Assembly (NCBI GenBank): GCA_030264375.1
Contig: JASCQW010000061.1
Coordinates: forward strand, 113,011,434 to 113,075,433
Direction of reading: 5' to 3'
DNA from: Carcharhinus longimanus
Lineage: Eukaryota
Length of the DNA stretch: 64,000 bases
Made by a program: the position numbers and the translations under genes. The notes beneath the pieces were generated by a model. It was not told where the DNA came from. It did not search any database and worked only from the letters and a program-made list of their open reading frames with translations. Below, one piece after another: positions 37,269 through 50,686 of the stretch. Each line of letters starts with the position of its first letter. Positions within the stretch are counted from its first letter, which is position 1.

Positions 37269-37385
37269 CTGCAGTCTGCCAATCTCCTCACCAAATTTCT
37301 TCTGTTGTTTTGCCAGAACTGATTGATGGTACTCTGCGTTGGCCTGCATCATGCAATGTTTTGCAGCTAGAACAGGCAGCACTTC
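37269..37385 (-). CDS. PDCD6IP: ALIX exon 7 (short form; an alternative upstream acceptor extends it to 37400)
   Basis: EVLPVLAAKHCMMQANAEYHQSVLAKQQKKFGEEIGRLQ; TTCCAG acceptor, GTAAGC donor; 117 bp. Confidence 0.96.
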
Positions 37386-40214
37386 CTGGAAATAAAAATA
37401 CTGACCAGGGGAAAGTCCAACCACAAACAACCACAGACAACAAGGGAATCAGGAAAGAGAAGGAGAAAAGAGAGGAAATTAGAATCACATCAATGGTTTT
37501 TAGAAAGTCAGATAGGTTAAATAATTTGAAATGTAAGTTGAGCAATCAGGTGACTATGAATGGCTTGAATTTTGAAAGAGGAAAGCAGTTGTATCCTATG
37601 AAAAAGTAAACACTAAACTAAAAGCGCAATTCTTAATATTCTGGTAACAAATGAGTCACTTAAAATCAGAATAAAATCCAAATCCCAATGTATTAAATTT
37701 AATTGAATATACGCAATTACTTCACTCTCAAATTAAATTGTCCAGTCGTTCATTAAACTGGATTGCATGGGCACAAGAATTTGGTCCCCGAAAATCCAAA
37801 TAAGTATGTAAAAGATTGTGAACTGGCAGCAAGTTCTCTCCTCAGCTGAATATCAGGAAGACATATAGTGTGGTCTAAAGAGAGGAAAAATATATATAGG
37901 AATAGTTAATGCAGGAGCTGAGTCAAAGTATCCACGGAATTGAATGTCAAAAGCTCAATGGCCCAAGAACATTGACCCATTTGCTTTCAGAACTGAAGTT
38001 AAATTTGCGTGCATGCAACTTATAAGCACCACAGTTAACCCTAATACTCAATCCAAGCCAATACATGCCACTAGCAGTGGAATTTTTAAAAAAATCAAAC
38101 AAGTTCCTCAGTTAACGTTACAGTATTCTGCTGCTAGTCATTTGGGGCAATAGATGTCAGATTACCCATTGACCATAATTTCTAACTACCGTACCACCAA
38201 CTTGAGCCTACACAGGCAATTTTAACAGATGTACTGAAGGTATGCTGAGCAGTTGCTTTCCCTTTTTCAATTCTGCAGACAAATGTATTTTTAACATCAC
38301 AGCCTGAACCATTACCTGTACCCAAACAGAAAAAGGAGGTATTAAGATCAGAAGTCAGCCACTCGGCCCTTCAAGCCTGCTCCAACGTTCAACATCATCA
38401 TGGCTTATCTGATTGGGGTTTTAATTCCATGGTGCTGCCTGCATCAAATTAGAAGCAGTTCTGTGCTTTGGTTCAATGCCCACTGACAGCCAGTTTAATC
38501 AGGATGCAAATGTTGGTCCTTTTAGACAGTAGATTGTGAAATTCATAACACTGATCAATTGTTCAAGAGAAATTTAAATCATGCCAGTCCTTCAGACCTC
38601 AGCATTGCTCCACCATCATTCTGTGCCAATAATCAGTTTCAAATTCAGCATAAGAACTCTATTTTGCCCTTTTGACACAATAAACCCTTGCTTCCTAAGA
38701 TAATGTTCTTGCTTGATCAATGCAAACATGATAATTTTGCACAGCTAATCTGTACAATTTTATACCATTAAATCGATTATCTGAACTAATTTTACAAAAG
38801 GCTTCCACAGCCAGAAAATGAACGTGCAGCTGCATCAGATTTCAGTGGATCCAAACCCAGCTCCCGCAATAAAGAGTCACAGTGCTAACTCTGAACAATA
38901 ACCTGTCCCCAGACTTATTATTGTTGAACTGCTTTAACGTGCTTCAACACCTTAAATAGCTAACTGCCTACTTAAGAAATAGACATTTCTATTTCTTGCT
39001 CCTCTTCATATATACCGTAAAGTTTTCCTGAAGATTACAACTCAATTGCTCAAGTGCAGTCAGAATCTGGTATTGGTGTACTGAAGTTCATAAATAAAAT
39101 ATAGCCCAGACAGCATTAAACAGCATCCTGTAATAACTGTGAACATGTAGAGTTGTTCTGTTGTAGATACTACAATAGGCTGCGATGTCCACACTACATT
39201 GGAGAGAAAGGCAAAGAGACGACAGAAAGGAGAACACCTGAAGCAAACAATCAATTGGATCAAGTGGGTACATCTCGAAAGGGGGGTGGTTAATCTGCAA
39301 GACAAATAGTAACGTGACCGTTAACAGACCAAAGGTAGCAGAAATCAGGAATATCCAGAACAAGCATGGTTCCTGGACCATTATCTTTAGTTTATATATA
39401 TCAACTGTCATCAATTTCAGTTGAGTTATTGCTTAAAGGAAGCAAAAATGCATTAAACGCTCAGAAAATTCGCAGAGGATGAGAAATGTATTTCTCAGAA
39501 ACACTTTCTACGATGTATGCACAATTGAACGAAGAATAAGCAATGGGTACAGATACAATCCACACAAATTTGCCGATCCCTTAAAGCCATCAGCTGTGAC
39601 AAATAAGAGGCGTGATATAGAAAAAAAATCTCTCCAGCTTCTAAAGATTAAATATCAAACATTTCATTTACAAATCAAGTAACATTCCTCATGCAAAAAT
39701 ATTCAAAGAGGAATGTTGTTTTTTGCACTTTAACATATTCAGTGAGGAAAACTATGCTCAAACTTTGCTGGATAATGGGAGGAAGAGAAGCAAAACTCAA
39801 TTACAATTTAGTTGGTGTGTTGAAAACATTTTATTCATTAATGGATCATCAAGCACACCACTCAAAGTACAGGCCTTGTAAACAACTTCTTTCAGCTGGC
39901 AAAATTTAAGCTGAGACATTTTGGGGTAAATTTTGCCATTTAGCACTGCTGGAACAGAACTTCAGACTTTGTCCATCCCACAATTTTCTATCTATCAATA
40001 TTACTGAAACAGGCTGGGTGTTGGGCATACTGACATCTGCATCCCATATGCAATCCACTCATAAGCAGCTTTGCACCAGAATTGATAAGTTCGAGAATAT
40101 AACCCATTGTCTACATGTGAGCAACTGACTACAAGGAAGCTATTTTATTGCAAATACCTTCAATTAAATATTTAGCAAAAAAGCTCAGCATTTAACTAAT
40201 TCAGCGTTAACAAC

Positions 40215-41062
40215 GTACATATAAAAGCATAATGAGATTAGAACAAGTCAACATATTTTAGTAATGGGAAGTCTTCTTTAACAAATTGATTGTAGTTTTT
40301 TTGAGGATGTAACAAGCAAGGTATATAAAAGGAAACTAGCAGATGCTGTATACCTGAATTTTCAAAAGGCTCTCAACAAGGTGCCACACAAAAGGTTAAT
40401 AGGCAAGGTAAGCGTGCATGGAGTTGGAGCTAATGTTATCGTAGGTAGAGGACTGGTTAACAAATAGAAAGCATCAGGCTGTAGATAGTGAACAGCAGAA
40501 TACCACAAAAAGAGTCAGTGCTGAAGCCTCAGCCAATTATAAACTATATTAATGACATAGAAGAAAAGATATGAAGCCAGGTGAAAAGATAAGATGTGAA
40601 GAGGATATAGAAACTGCAAAGAGAAATAAACAAGTTAAGTGGACAACAAGCTGTGGAACGACAGTGTGTGGATATGTGAAGTTATTCACTTTGGTTGAAA
40701 CAACAGAAGGGCTGAAATTTATTTTTGCTGAAAGACATTTTGTCAAAGTGTTTTGTCTTCCACTCATGAAGACAATCACAAAAATACCAATGTCAAGGGA
40801 ATCAACAACTTTATACTGTATGAGAGAATACTGCTATTGGTCATTGCTGCCACGGAGAATGCACCAGTTAATGGTGACTAGCAGTTAACTGGCAAGCATG
40901 ATTTGAAATTTAAAGTTGGGCAACTTGACAGATCTATTAAGATCAAAAGTTAAGGGGGAAAAAGCAGGATTAGGCTATTGAGTTGGACAATCAGCTATGA
41001 TTGCAATGAATGGTGGAGCAGGCTCGAAGGGTCAAATGGCCTCCTCCTATCTTCTACATTTC
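40215..41062 (+). mobile_element. Old CR1 fragments
   Basis: ttttcaaaaggctctcaacaaggtgccacacaaaagg (FQKA.DKVPH) and tail gaatggtggagcaggctcgaagggtcaaatggcc. Confidence 0.75.
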
Positions 41063-41879
41063 TATTGGGATCAGTTCAAGGTCATTGGATTAATGACTGA
41101 ACCAGCAAATGGCTATTACTTATTTGGTGCCGCTGAAACAGGTGCAGTGTACATCATCTTTGCGTTTGCAAAGAACAGAAACCTGTGCATTAATATATAG
41201 TTTCCGTACATGAAAATGTGTCACGCTGCAAGCCAGACAATCAAATTGCTTCTCAGCATGACTTTTAGCACAGTGGGAATTATTTAGAGATTGTTATTCA
41301 ATAGCAGAAAGATATATAATGTTGGAGATCTTTTTGAATTTTGCTAGCATGGACAGGTTGGGTTCAGTCTGTACCTTGCCCATTCAACAGCGGAAGGGAC
41401 ATGCTGTTTCACACAATCTGTCAGTCTTGGGGATGTACAGATTACAAAACTAGCATAAAATGGGCACTGATGTGCAGTAAACCACATGATTCATTTGTGT
41501 GATAGGCAGAACATCTTTTCAGCTTGACAGCAGCATCCTGTCAGTGGCAAATGATTGTGTTGCTAGTCATAGCATCAAATTGCTAGCTTCATCTGTTGCT
41601 GCAAGTTTTATGATACCTTGTTCTTCCAGGGTAATCAGAGGTAGAATGGGCATTTTTCAGGGTCAAAAGTGACATTTTTATGCTGATGCCTGAGTTTGCA
41701 TGATATATAGCGCAAAATGATATGATCAGCTTAGCCATTATCCCACAGAATGCCATTGACGTGCCTTATTTCACCATCAAACTTCGATGCTGAGCAAATG
41801 ACTTGCACCCCATTTACAAAGTTACCGATGAGGCCAATCATATAACAAATGGAACTATAAGAATTGTGGTATATTTTTC

Positions 41880-42322
41880 AACTAGTACATAGATATTGGC
41901 ATGGCAACACTACATCATTGTGATCTTGACCCACCACCACTGCATAAATCAGCGTTCATTGAGCTGGTAAAGTCAGCAACACTCACATTTGAGTTCAGTT
42001 CTAGCAACACCATGTCTACGCAAATAGATGGCGTTGCCACAAGATCCCCTCTAGCCCCAGCTCTCAAACATCTTTGTTGGGTTCCATAAGAAACACGTCT
42101 TCAATAGAACAACGACTAATCTCCTACCACTCGCATATTTCAGATGTATGGATGATACTTTGCTACATTTAACTCCATAGCAATTTGGCATTTCTTTGCA
42201 TATCTCAATGGGCTCCATCCTGTGCTCAAATTCACTTTTGAAATGGAGCAGTCAAATGAACTCTCTCCTTAATGTACTAGTTGAGAACTCTGCCAGCGAG
42301 CTCTCTATCACAGTCTACCATG
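41880..42322 (+). mobile_element. Penelope-like reverse transcriptase fragment
   Basis: FIELVKSATLTFEFSSSNTMSTQIDGVATRSPLAPAL resembles the PLE RT motif Y.QIDGVAMGSPLGP.LANIF, followed by a RYVDDT-like remnant. Confidence 0.75.
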
Positions 42323-43307
42323 AGGCAAGTCGGATCAGGCCTGCTAGGAAGTGGGGGTGGGTCCAAAATTTGCAATTTAAAAATCACAATTTCAGATGGT
42401 TCCCAGTGCAGGGCAATTGCCCAGAGGAAATCTGTGCCATTGGCCAATTGCCATGCAAGACCTTACCTGTGAATTCTGACAGGGATTACCCAGTGCATCT
42501 TTGGGAAACCTTCCCTCATCAACCCAATGTGGGGGAACTCAGTAAGTCTGGCTCCTTAAAGTANNNNNNNNNNNNNNNNNNNNNNNNNNNNNNNNNNNNN
42601 NNNNNNNNNNNNNNNNNNNNNNNNNNNNNNNNNNNNNNNNNNNNNNNNNNNNNNNNNNNNNNNAGTAGCACATAAAAAAAACTTTTGCATTGGCAAAGTA
42701 GAAAATAGCTGTTATAACTTCAGCTGCACAGACAGCCATAGCCAGTTTGGTGTAGGAAAGTAAACATTTAACTTTATTCATGGATCAAAAGAAAGAAATG
42801 CGCTTGGTTAAGGTAAGTTATTGCCTTACTAAATCATTTTCAGCAGGACAATTAAGAGAAAAGGTAGTTAAGTTTGAGATAGTCAATCCTCATGACATTC
42901 AATTTTAGAGATTGTTGTGACTTGACACATTGTTGGATTTACACAACTTTATAATTAATGAAACCATAACACCATCCCCAAAGTTCAAAAAACACAAGCA
43001 AAGATGAAAAAGCAAATCTGAAATTATTTTTTGGTAGGGTTTAGACCTGAAAAAAAATTTTCATTCATCAAAGGTCTCAATCAATTTAAACATAGCCTTC
43101 AATAGTGAATTTGAAATAAAATATTATTTTATCTCAAGTAACAAAACAAGCTATTGAACTAGGAACGATTAAAGTTGATGGTATAAACTCTTGGGACCAG
43201 GTTTATTGCAGTTTAATTCTGCATCCAAATGCTTGTTAGCCGATCCCACTAATTTACTTTGTTAACAAATGAAATGCCAAGCACCACTGCAGATTCTTGG
43301 AACTTAC

Positions 43308-43408
43308 CTTGGGTAAATTTTCCTTATACTGGCACTGTTTGAAGGCATCTCCATAGTAATCTGCAGCTTGATTAGCAAGTTTAGCTATTATTGCATCTTT
43401 CATTTTAT
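43308..43408 (-). CDS. PDCD6IP: ALIX exon 6 (CHMP4-binding region)
   Basis: DKMKDAIIAKLANQAADYYGDAFKQCQYKENLPK; TTGCAG acceptor, GTAAGT donor; 101 bp. Confidence 0.97.
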
Positions 43409-43655
43409 CTGCAAGACAAAGTTGTCAATAATGACATAAGCATGAACTACTGCTTCAAATTCCCATCTCAATTTTCTCCCTTTATACAGCCCAGTACAAT
43501 CGAAAAGGATGTCCCTAAAAACTGTTTAAACTGTCAAGTCTACTTGTTCCAGCAAATGCTGACTAAATTCCAAAGACATAATTATTAAAAGCTGTTTCAT
43601 TATATTCATTAAAATTGTTTATCAAAAGTTATCAAAGGCCAGAAGCTCCAGAGTA

Positions 43656-44336
43656 TGTTATGAAGTTAGCCTAAACCCTAAGTTTTGGATTTGATTTTGG
43701 CATGGGTGAGCACAAGGTGTTTCACTCTAGGTATGATTCAAGTGACCCACTAGACAGTTATCAAAGAAAGTTTAACAACAGTTAAAATTTTAAAAATTGC
43801 ATAACTTTAATTACAAAACTTAAACATAACAGTATAACTCCTAACAGTTAGCTATCTCTGATCTTCCGAGTTGAACACCATCCCACAGACTTTCATCCTT
43901 CAGACTTTATACAGAAACATGTATGCTCACATGATACTAGATCTGCAGCTTTTAACATCCTTGTGAATTGGTCCTTTGAATCTGAGATCAAATCTCCAAA
44001 GTCTTGGAACTTTCAAAAAGCCTCTGGAGAAAGAGACAGAGACACTGCTGTCTTCCACCAGCTTCTGGCAGCAACCAAGAAACAAAACTAAAAACTGGAC
44101 TTTTCTGTGAAGCATAGCTGCATGATAAGACCTGTCAATCAACCTTTCCACTCAGCAATCCCAAGAGACACATTAAAACGACAGAATATTCCATTAGTCC
44201 AGATTAAAAATAAACATGATGTCATTTATATAGTGCTTCACTAACAATGAAAGACACCGGCTGCAGACAACAGTGCCAACAAATTCTAGGGCCGGCGAGA
44301 AACGTGATCAAAATACACCTCAAGCGCACAGTAACA
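43656..44336 (-). mobile_element. Probable solo LTR
   Basis: TGTTA...TAACA termini, 681 bp; reverse complement shares gaatcat.cct.gagtgaaa...ctcac..atgcc.aaaat with 51270-51360. Confidence 0.55.
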
Positions 44337-45361
44337 GTGTCAAAAAATCCAACCATTTTCAGGATGAGATGGCTTGTAAGAAACTTAAGGAATTAAGCCC
44401 ATTCCGGGGCTCAATGGCCAAGAAAAGCACATTCATAATGTGACCAAACAGGCTATCAACTGGTAAATCCTGCCAACATATGCCAATGGCAAGCAGTATG
44501 AGCTGGAGAGACTCCTGGTCAGCCATGGGATGGAAAAAAAATTGAAGGCTACCATAATCCATGTTCCAGGATGCAAAATGCTTGTAAAAAATTATATTGC
44601 CAAAGCAACTCTGACTCCTTGGGGTTCAGTTGGCTGCAGAGCCCATCTTGGATCAGATACGTGTCTACAGCAGGGAGTTCGACTCTTTTCCTGACCGGTA
44701 CAGATTTAGGACATATCCCCTTGCCCTACCCATAGTGGGGTCATGGCGTTGAGGGCCAGATCTCTTCAGGCAGAGAATGCATGGAAATGATAATCTCAAA
44801 ATGCAATACTGGGTTAGTCAACTTGTGGCGCTAAGACTGCATGAAGCTTCCAAATCTTGGCAAACTGGCCTCTTCAAGTTCCAACAATTTAGCATTTTAC
44901 ACCTTTGTGCTACTTATGTTTAAAAAGAACAATTAACTCATTTTTTAAGTGGCTAAAACTTCCTGGTGGTTTGATTGATGTTCAGGTATGCACAAATTCA
45001 CGGTAACATGGAGATAAACTTTATATTTGTGTCCCCAAAGTCCAAAATCATGCAGCTTGTTACAGCAAGATCTGTCGCCTTTTTTTTTGTAAGATATATC
45101 CAATCCACAGAAATTGCAGACCAGATTTGTTCACTTGGCGTGACTAAACCTTTCATTTCATCAGTTTACTGAAAAAAATGCACAATGAAATAATAACCAA
45201 GCACCACAGCTAAGAGCAGGTTTTCAAACAAGAACTATACTTTGCGATTCCAAATGTTGCCAGAATTACTTTTTCATCCTATCGATGCTGGTTTAAAAAA
45301 AAAGGTGCTCATCTCCTTAAAACATCACCCATTAAGTAATCCAGATACTCAAAACATTCTT

Positions 45362-46915
45362 GAGGAAAACTGATGGGATTGAAGATGGATAAATCTCCAG
45401 GTCCAAATAATCTTCATCCCAAAGTACTTAAGGAAGTGACCCTAGAAATAGTAGATCCATTGGTGGTTATTTTCCAAAATTCTTTGGAATCTGAACTTGT
45501 TCCTACAGACTGGAAGGTAGCTAATATAAGCCTGCTATTCAAAAAGGGAGGCAGAGAAAAAACAGGGAACTATTGGCCAGTGAGCTTAATGTCAGTCTGG
45601 GGAAGTTGCTAGAGTCCATTATCTAGGATTTCATAACTCAGCATTTGGAAACCAATGGTATAATCAGACAAAGTCTGGATTTACAAAAGGCAAAATCATG
45701 CTTGACAAATCTATTGGAATTAATTGAAGATGTAACTAGTAGAGTTGACCGAGGAAATCCAGCAGATGGGTTTATTCAGACTTTTGACGAGGACTCTCAT
45801 AACAGACTATGTAAACGCAAAGCACTTGGGATTGCAGGTAATGTCTTGAGATGGATAGAAAACTGGTTAGCAGATAAGAAGCAAAGAGTTGGCATAAATG
45901 GGTCTTTTTCAGACTGGCAGTCAATGACTGGTGGTTTTCACATGGATCTGTGCTAGGACCCCAACTGCTCACATGAATGAATGATTTGGAAGAGGGAACT
46001 GAAAGTATTATCTCCAAATTTGCAGATGATACAAAGTTGGGTGGGAGGGTGAGCTGTGAGGAGGATGTAGAGATGCTTAAGTGTGATTTGGACAGATTAA
46101 GAGTGTAGGCGTAAGTATGGCAGACGCAATATAATGTGAATAAATGTGAGGTTATCCACTGTGGTAGCAATAATAGGAAGACAGATTATTACTTGAGTGG
46201 CTGTAAATTGAGAGATGTGTATACTCAGCGAGACCTTGGTATCCTCGTGTATCAGTTGGTGAACATAAGCAAGCAGGTACAACAGGCAGTAAAGAAGCCA
46301 AATGGTATGTTAGCCTTCACAGCAACAGGATTTTAGCATAAGGATAGGGATGATTTGTTGCATTGGTGAGGCCACACCTCGAGTATTGTATGCAGCTTTG
46401 ATGTCCTTATCTGAGGAAGGATATTATTGCTATAGAGGGAACACAGCGAAGGTTTATCAGGCTGATTCCTGGGACAGCAGGTCTGTCGTCTGAGGAGAAA
46501 TTAAGTTGGTTAGGATTATATTTACTGGAATTTAGAAGAGTGAGAGGGGATCGCATAGAAATTAGAAAATTCTATCAGGGATTATACAGGGTAGATTCAG
46601 AAAGAATGTTCCTAATGGTGGGGCAGCCCAGACCTAGGGTTCATAACTTTAGGATAAGGGGTAAAACGTTTAGAACTGAGGCAAGGAGAAATTTCTTCAC
46701 CAAGAGGGTGGTGAGTGTGTGGAATTCACTACCACAGAAAGCAGTCGAGGCCAAAACGTTGTCTAACTTCAAGAAGAAATTAGATACAGCTCTCGGGGCT
46801 AAAGGAATTAGGGGAGCAGGGGGAGAATCAGGTTATTGACTATGATCAGTCATGATCAAAATAATTGGGGAGCAGGCTCAAAGGGCTGAACCTTCTCTCC
46901 TGCTTCTAGTTTCTG
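45362..46915 (+). mobile_element. CR1 LINE ORF2 3' half with tail
   Basis: DKSPGPNNLHPKVLKE, DWKVANISLLFKKGGREKTGNYWPVSL, KSCLTNLLE, SKFADDTKLGG, RNFFTKRVVSVWNSLP. Confidence 0.95.
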
Positions 46916-46934
46916 ACAAATAGAATTTTTAAAA

Positions 46935-47280
46935 TTCGTTCATGGATGTGGGCATCGCTAGCTGGACTAGCATTCCTAATTGTCCTTGAACTGAGTGGCT
47001 TGTGAGGTCATTTCAGAAGACATGAGAGTCAATTGTTATGTATCTGATGTCAGACCAGGCAAAGATGGCAGATTTCCTCCCCTAAAAGGCATAATGAACT
47101 AGATGAGGTTTTACAACAATTGACAATGGTTTCACGATCATAATTAGACTTTTAATTCCAGGTTATTACCGAATTCAACTTTCACCATCTGCCATGGTGG
47201 GATTCAAGCCTGGGTCCTCTGGCCTTTACCCTGGGTCTCTGGATTACTGGGCAAGTGACAATGACACGATGCTACCACCT
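46935..47280 (-). mobile_element. tRNA-derived SINE (second family)
   Basis: Reverse complement of the 10890-11265 family (ggcagatttcctccc, ccatggtgggattcaagcc, ctctggattact). Confidence 0.75.
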
Positions 47281-49484
47281 GCCTGATCAGTACTCCTTTC
47301 TAAATAAAACAACCAAATAATTCAATAATTTGGTGTCTTTCACCCGATAGGTTGCTCGCTTTTTTCCTACTCCAGCCTTCATATAAAATTCAGTTGGAAG
47401 GATGTGCAATGTGTCGTCAAGTTACAGTTTCAACAACTAAGCAGCTTTTTGGAAATCAAATGCATGCTTAATTTAGAAGTCAGCCTGGAACTTGAGCTCC
47501 TTAGACCTTGGTTACAGTGCATGCAGCACAAAATCTTTTACCCACAGTGTCATAACTCACTCTATCCAACAGCACGAAGGTCCCTTCTCAAGCCTCTCTG
47601 ATTACAGCATTCTAGCATTATCAATCAATATGAACTCAATGCAGAGGAGAATACTGTTCCCAACAATGGGCTATTCAAACACATCTTGGAGCCCTGAATA
47701 AGATTCATAAAAACACATCCAACAAGTAATTGCTTTTGCGCCTCCAGGTTTCAACTTACTCCTGTTTCAATCCTTGTCTCTATTTTCTAGATAGCAGCAG
47801 TTTTGTTCCTTTGAGCTCCAAAATGTTCCTTACAAGCCCCAAATGTCTTATCCTGCACATTTTTCCACCTTTTAGCATTCTCAGTGTATTGAAATAAAAA
47901 CTTGTATGAAGCCTCCCATTTCAATTAAGGATCTCAAAATGTTGATCTTTGAACATGACAACTTCATTATTGCTTTTTTGACAATTGATTCAACATTGGT
48001 AGTTCCAGTATCATGGGCTTCAGTCTTTCACTTGATTCACAAACAAAAAAAAGTCTCCACAGTCAGGCTAAATTCAATCCCTGCCTCTTTACTTTTGCAT
48101 GGAACAGCATACAATATAACCACGTTCAAAGGAGGAGCAACTAATGTATAGCGTAATATGAAGAAAAGGGCTGCATTTGAAGGACAGCCAGATGGAAGCC
48201 GACATGCCAGGAAGATGCCCGGAGCCGTAACACCCACAGGCAGACTAATCTAGTTGAGAATGGAATTTCTGTCTCTCAATGGGAGTAAGTTCCAGTCTAA
48301 AAAGTTGCAGGTCAATCTGACTGGAAGTCCTGGAAGGATAAGAAGTCATGAGTAAGTGCTGCCAGGACTGCAGGAAAGAGCACCAAGAAGTGTGTCACAG
48401 AAAGGTAATTTCCAGGCTGTTAGGCTGGGGAAGGATCTAAGTAAGATTCCAAGGATGTGGTGGGGCTGGGTTTTGGAGGTCAGGCAACAAGGAAGGGGAG
48501 GGAGTAATCATGACATTTTGGTAGGGTGACCCTGCCTTCACTCACTTAAGCCACACACACAAAAAAAAAGACCTTCCTGTTCCTGCCCACGCCAACTGCT
48601 CTATGGTATGGGCAGCAAATTATCCTGGAGTAAAGACTTACTAATAATACTAACTGACCTTTAAATTATTCATTTAAATACGGCAGGTGAACTGCTGATT
48701 TTGATTTCTACCCACTAAGTGCATCATGGGGTCAGCAAGCAGGTACATCGGTGTTGGGTTAGCCAGCTGACATATTATGCACGTCACCACTGAAAACCTA
48801 CTGTCCCCACGCCCAGTCAGGGTCCACAAAATACAGCCCAATCTCACTGCTAAAAAAATTAACTTTCAAGTTAAAGAAAAGATCCTAGAAATTTGAAACA
48901 AAATTAGAAAAGGCTGGAAACACTCAGCAACTTTTAAGTACTTATTTTAAAAGACTGAAACTAGAAAGCTGGGTGAAAGTAATTTACTTCCTTTTCTGAA
49001 ATCATAAGGACAGTCAGCAATTAAGTTCTTCAATGAAAAAGTACCTTTTTTCCCCCAAGTCTACTTAATAACAAAAGCACTCTGATTTCCAAAGTTATAA
49101 ACTCTCTTCACTGGCTTCCCCAGCTGAGACGTGGAAATGTCAGCATTGGACTGGGATAAGGACAGTAAGGAGTCTCTTCTTACTGTGCTTCTCTAGCTGT
49201 CTCCTTCCAAGTTTCAATTTATTTCCAACCCCATGGGCTACATCCCATCATCCTCTCCTTACCGAGATCAATGGATTCACAAGCATGTCCATTTCAAAAT
49301 TTTTTACATGCCGTTAAGTTCCTCTACAAGGTTAAGGCGTCCTACTTCAGCAACCAAGGATATCGCTTCATCCTTCTAAATCTGAGAGCTGAAAATTCTT
49401 CATTCCCCTCCCGAACTTGACTGTCAGTGATAGAATTTCATTCATATGCTGGTACTCTGCATCTCTCTTCCTAAATGCACCTTG

Positions 49485-49955
49485 ATGTGGAGATGCCGGC
49501 GTTGGACTGGGGTAAACAGAGTAAGAAGTCTGACAACACCAGGTTTAAGTCCAACCGACTTATTTGATAGTAAACTCGCAAGTGAATGGAGAGTTCTGGC
49601 CTCAGACAGAGCATTTAACAGCACAGAGAGTTTACAGATTACTGATTAGAATGCGAGTCTTTCCACCTAACCTGCTATTCAAGTCTTGTGTATTGTCTCC
49701 AGATCTGGAGACAATACACATCTCTTTAACCTGGGCTTAATGCTCCTTCCACTCACATTGTTGGCCTCTTTAAGACTTGNNNNNNNNNNNNNNNNNNNNN
49801 NNNNNNNNNNNNNNNNNNNNNNNNNNNNNNNNNNNNNNNNNNNNNNNNNNNNNNNNNNNNNNNNNNNNNNNNNNNNNNNAAACCCCGAAAGCTTGCGAGT
49901 TTACTATCAAATAAATTGGTTGGACTTAAACCTGGTGTTGTCAGACTTCTTACTG
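49485..49955. mobile_element. Penelope-derived element with ~65-bp inverted termini and 13-bp TSD
   Basis: agtaagaagtctgacaacaccaggtttaagtccaacc... inverted at 49891-49955; flanked by taaatgcaccttg / taaatgcagcttg. Confidence 0.75.
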
Positions 49956-50686
49956 TAAATGCAGCTTGCCAACTCTGCCACCATCTTCCAAGGCCTTAAA
50001 CTGTATTGCTTTGACTCGTCACTTTTTTTTCAAAATGCTATTGTCACATGAAAAATACAATTTAATAGTTAAAAGGGTTTTTTACAATATAGAACAGTGA
50101 CGAGCTTTGAAGTCACAATGCACAATGATTCTGATTTAATTAATTCAATTCCTTAACAGAAAAACCTTCCCACCCTAATTATTTTGAAAACAATTTCTTT
50201 TTGAACCATTAAGGCTAGTGAAATACATTGCCATGCCAGCTTTGCATGCAATGGCCCTAAGATACATTAACACTATAATATCTTGGTTGTCAAACTGCAG
50301 AATGCAGAGGCTAACAAGTTTCAGTGCATGAATAATGGCAAAAAAAAAGTATCTGCTTATTGGATCAGCTGTTCCAGTCAAAAAAAGAGAAATGGAGCAT
50401 CACAAGGGAAATTAGCTTCACAAAAGAAAGAGGGGAAAGCAACAGGACAAACTCTCAAATAGTGCGCACAATTCCAGGTGCAATAAAAACAAACATGAAT
50501 AGGTCAGAAAGCATGTTAATAACATATGCTTTGCACTCATTGCAAAACTACTGCTTTGAGACAAGAGTCCATGGCAGCATTTCTTCTGTGTTTGGGGTGA
50601 ATTGGGGTGGGGTGGAGAACAACAAAGTAGTAACTCAAAAAATTTGACATACTGCAATTGTTCTTATTGTGATGATACTATACTAT

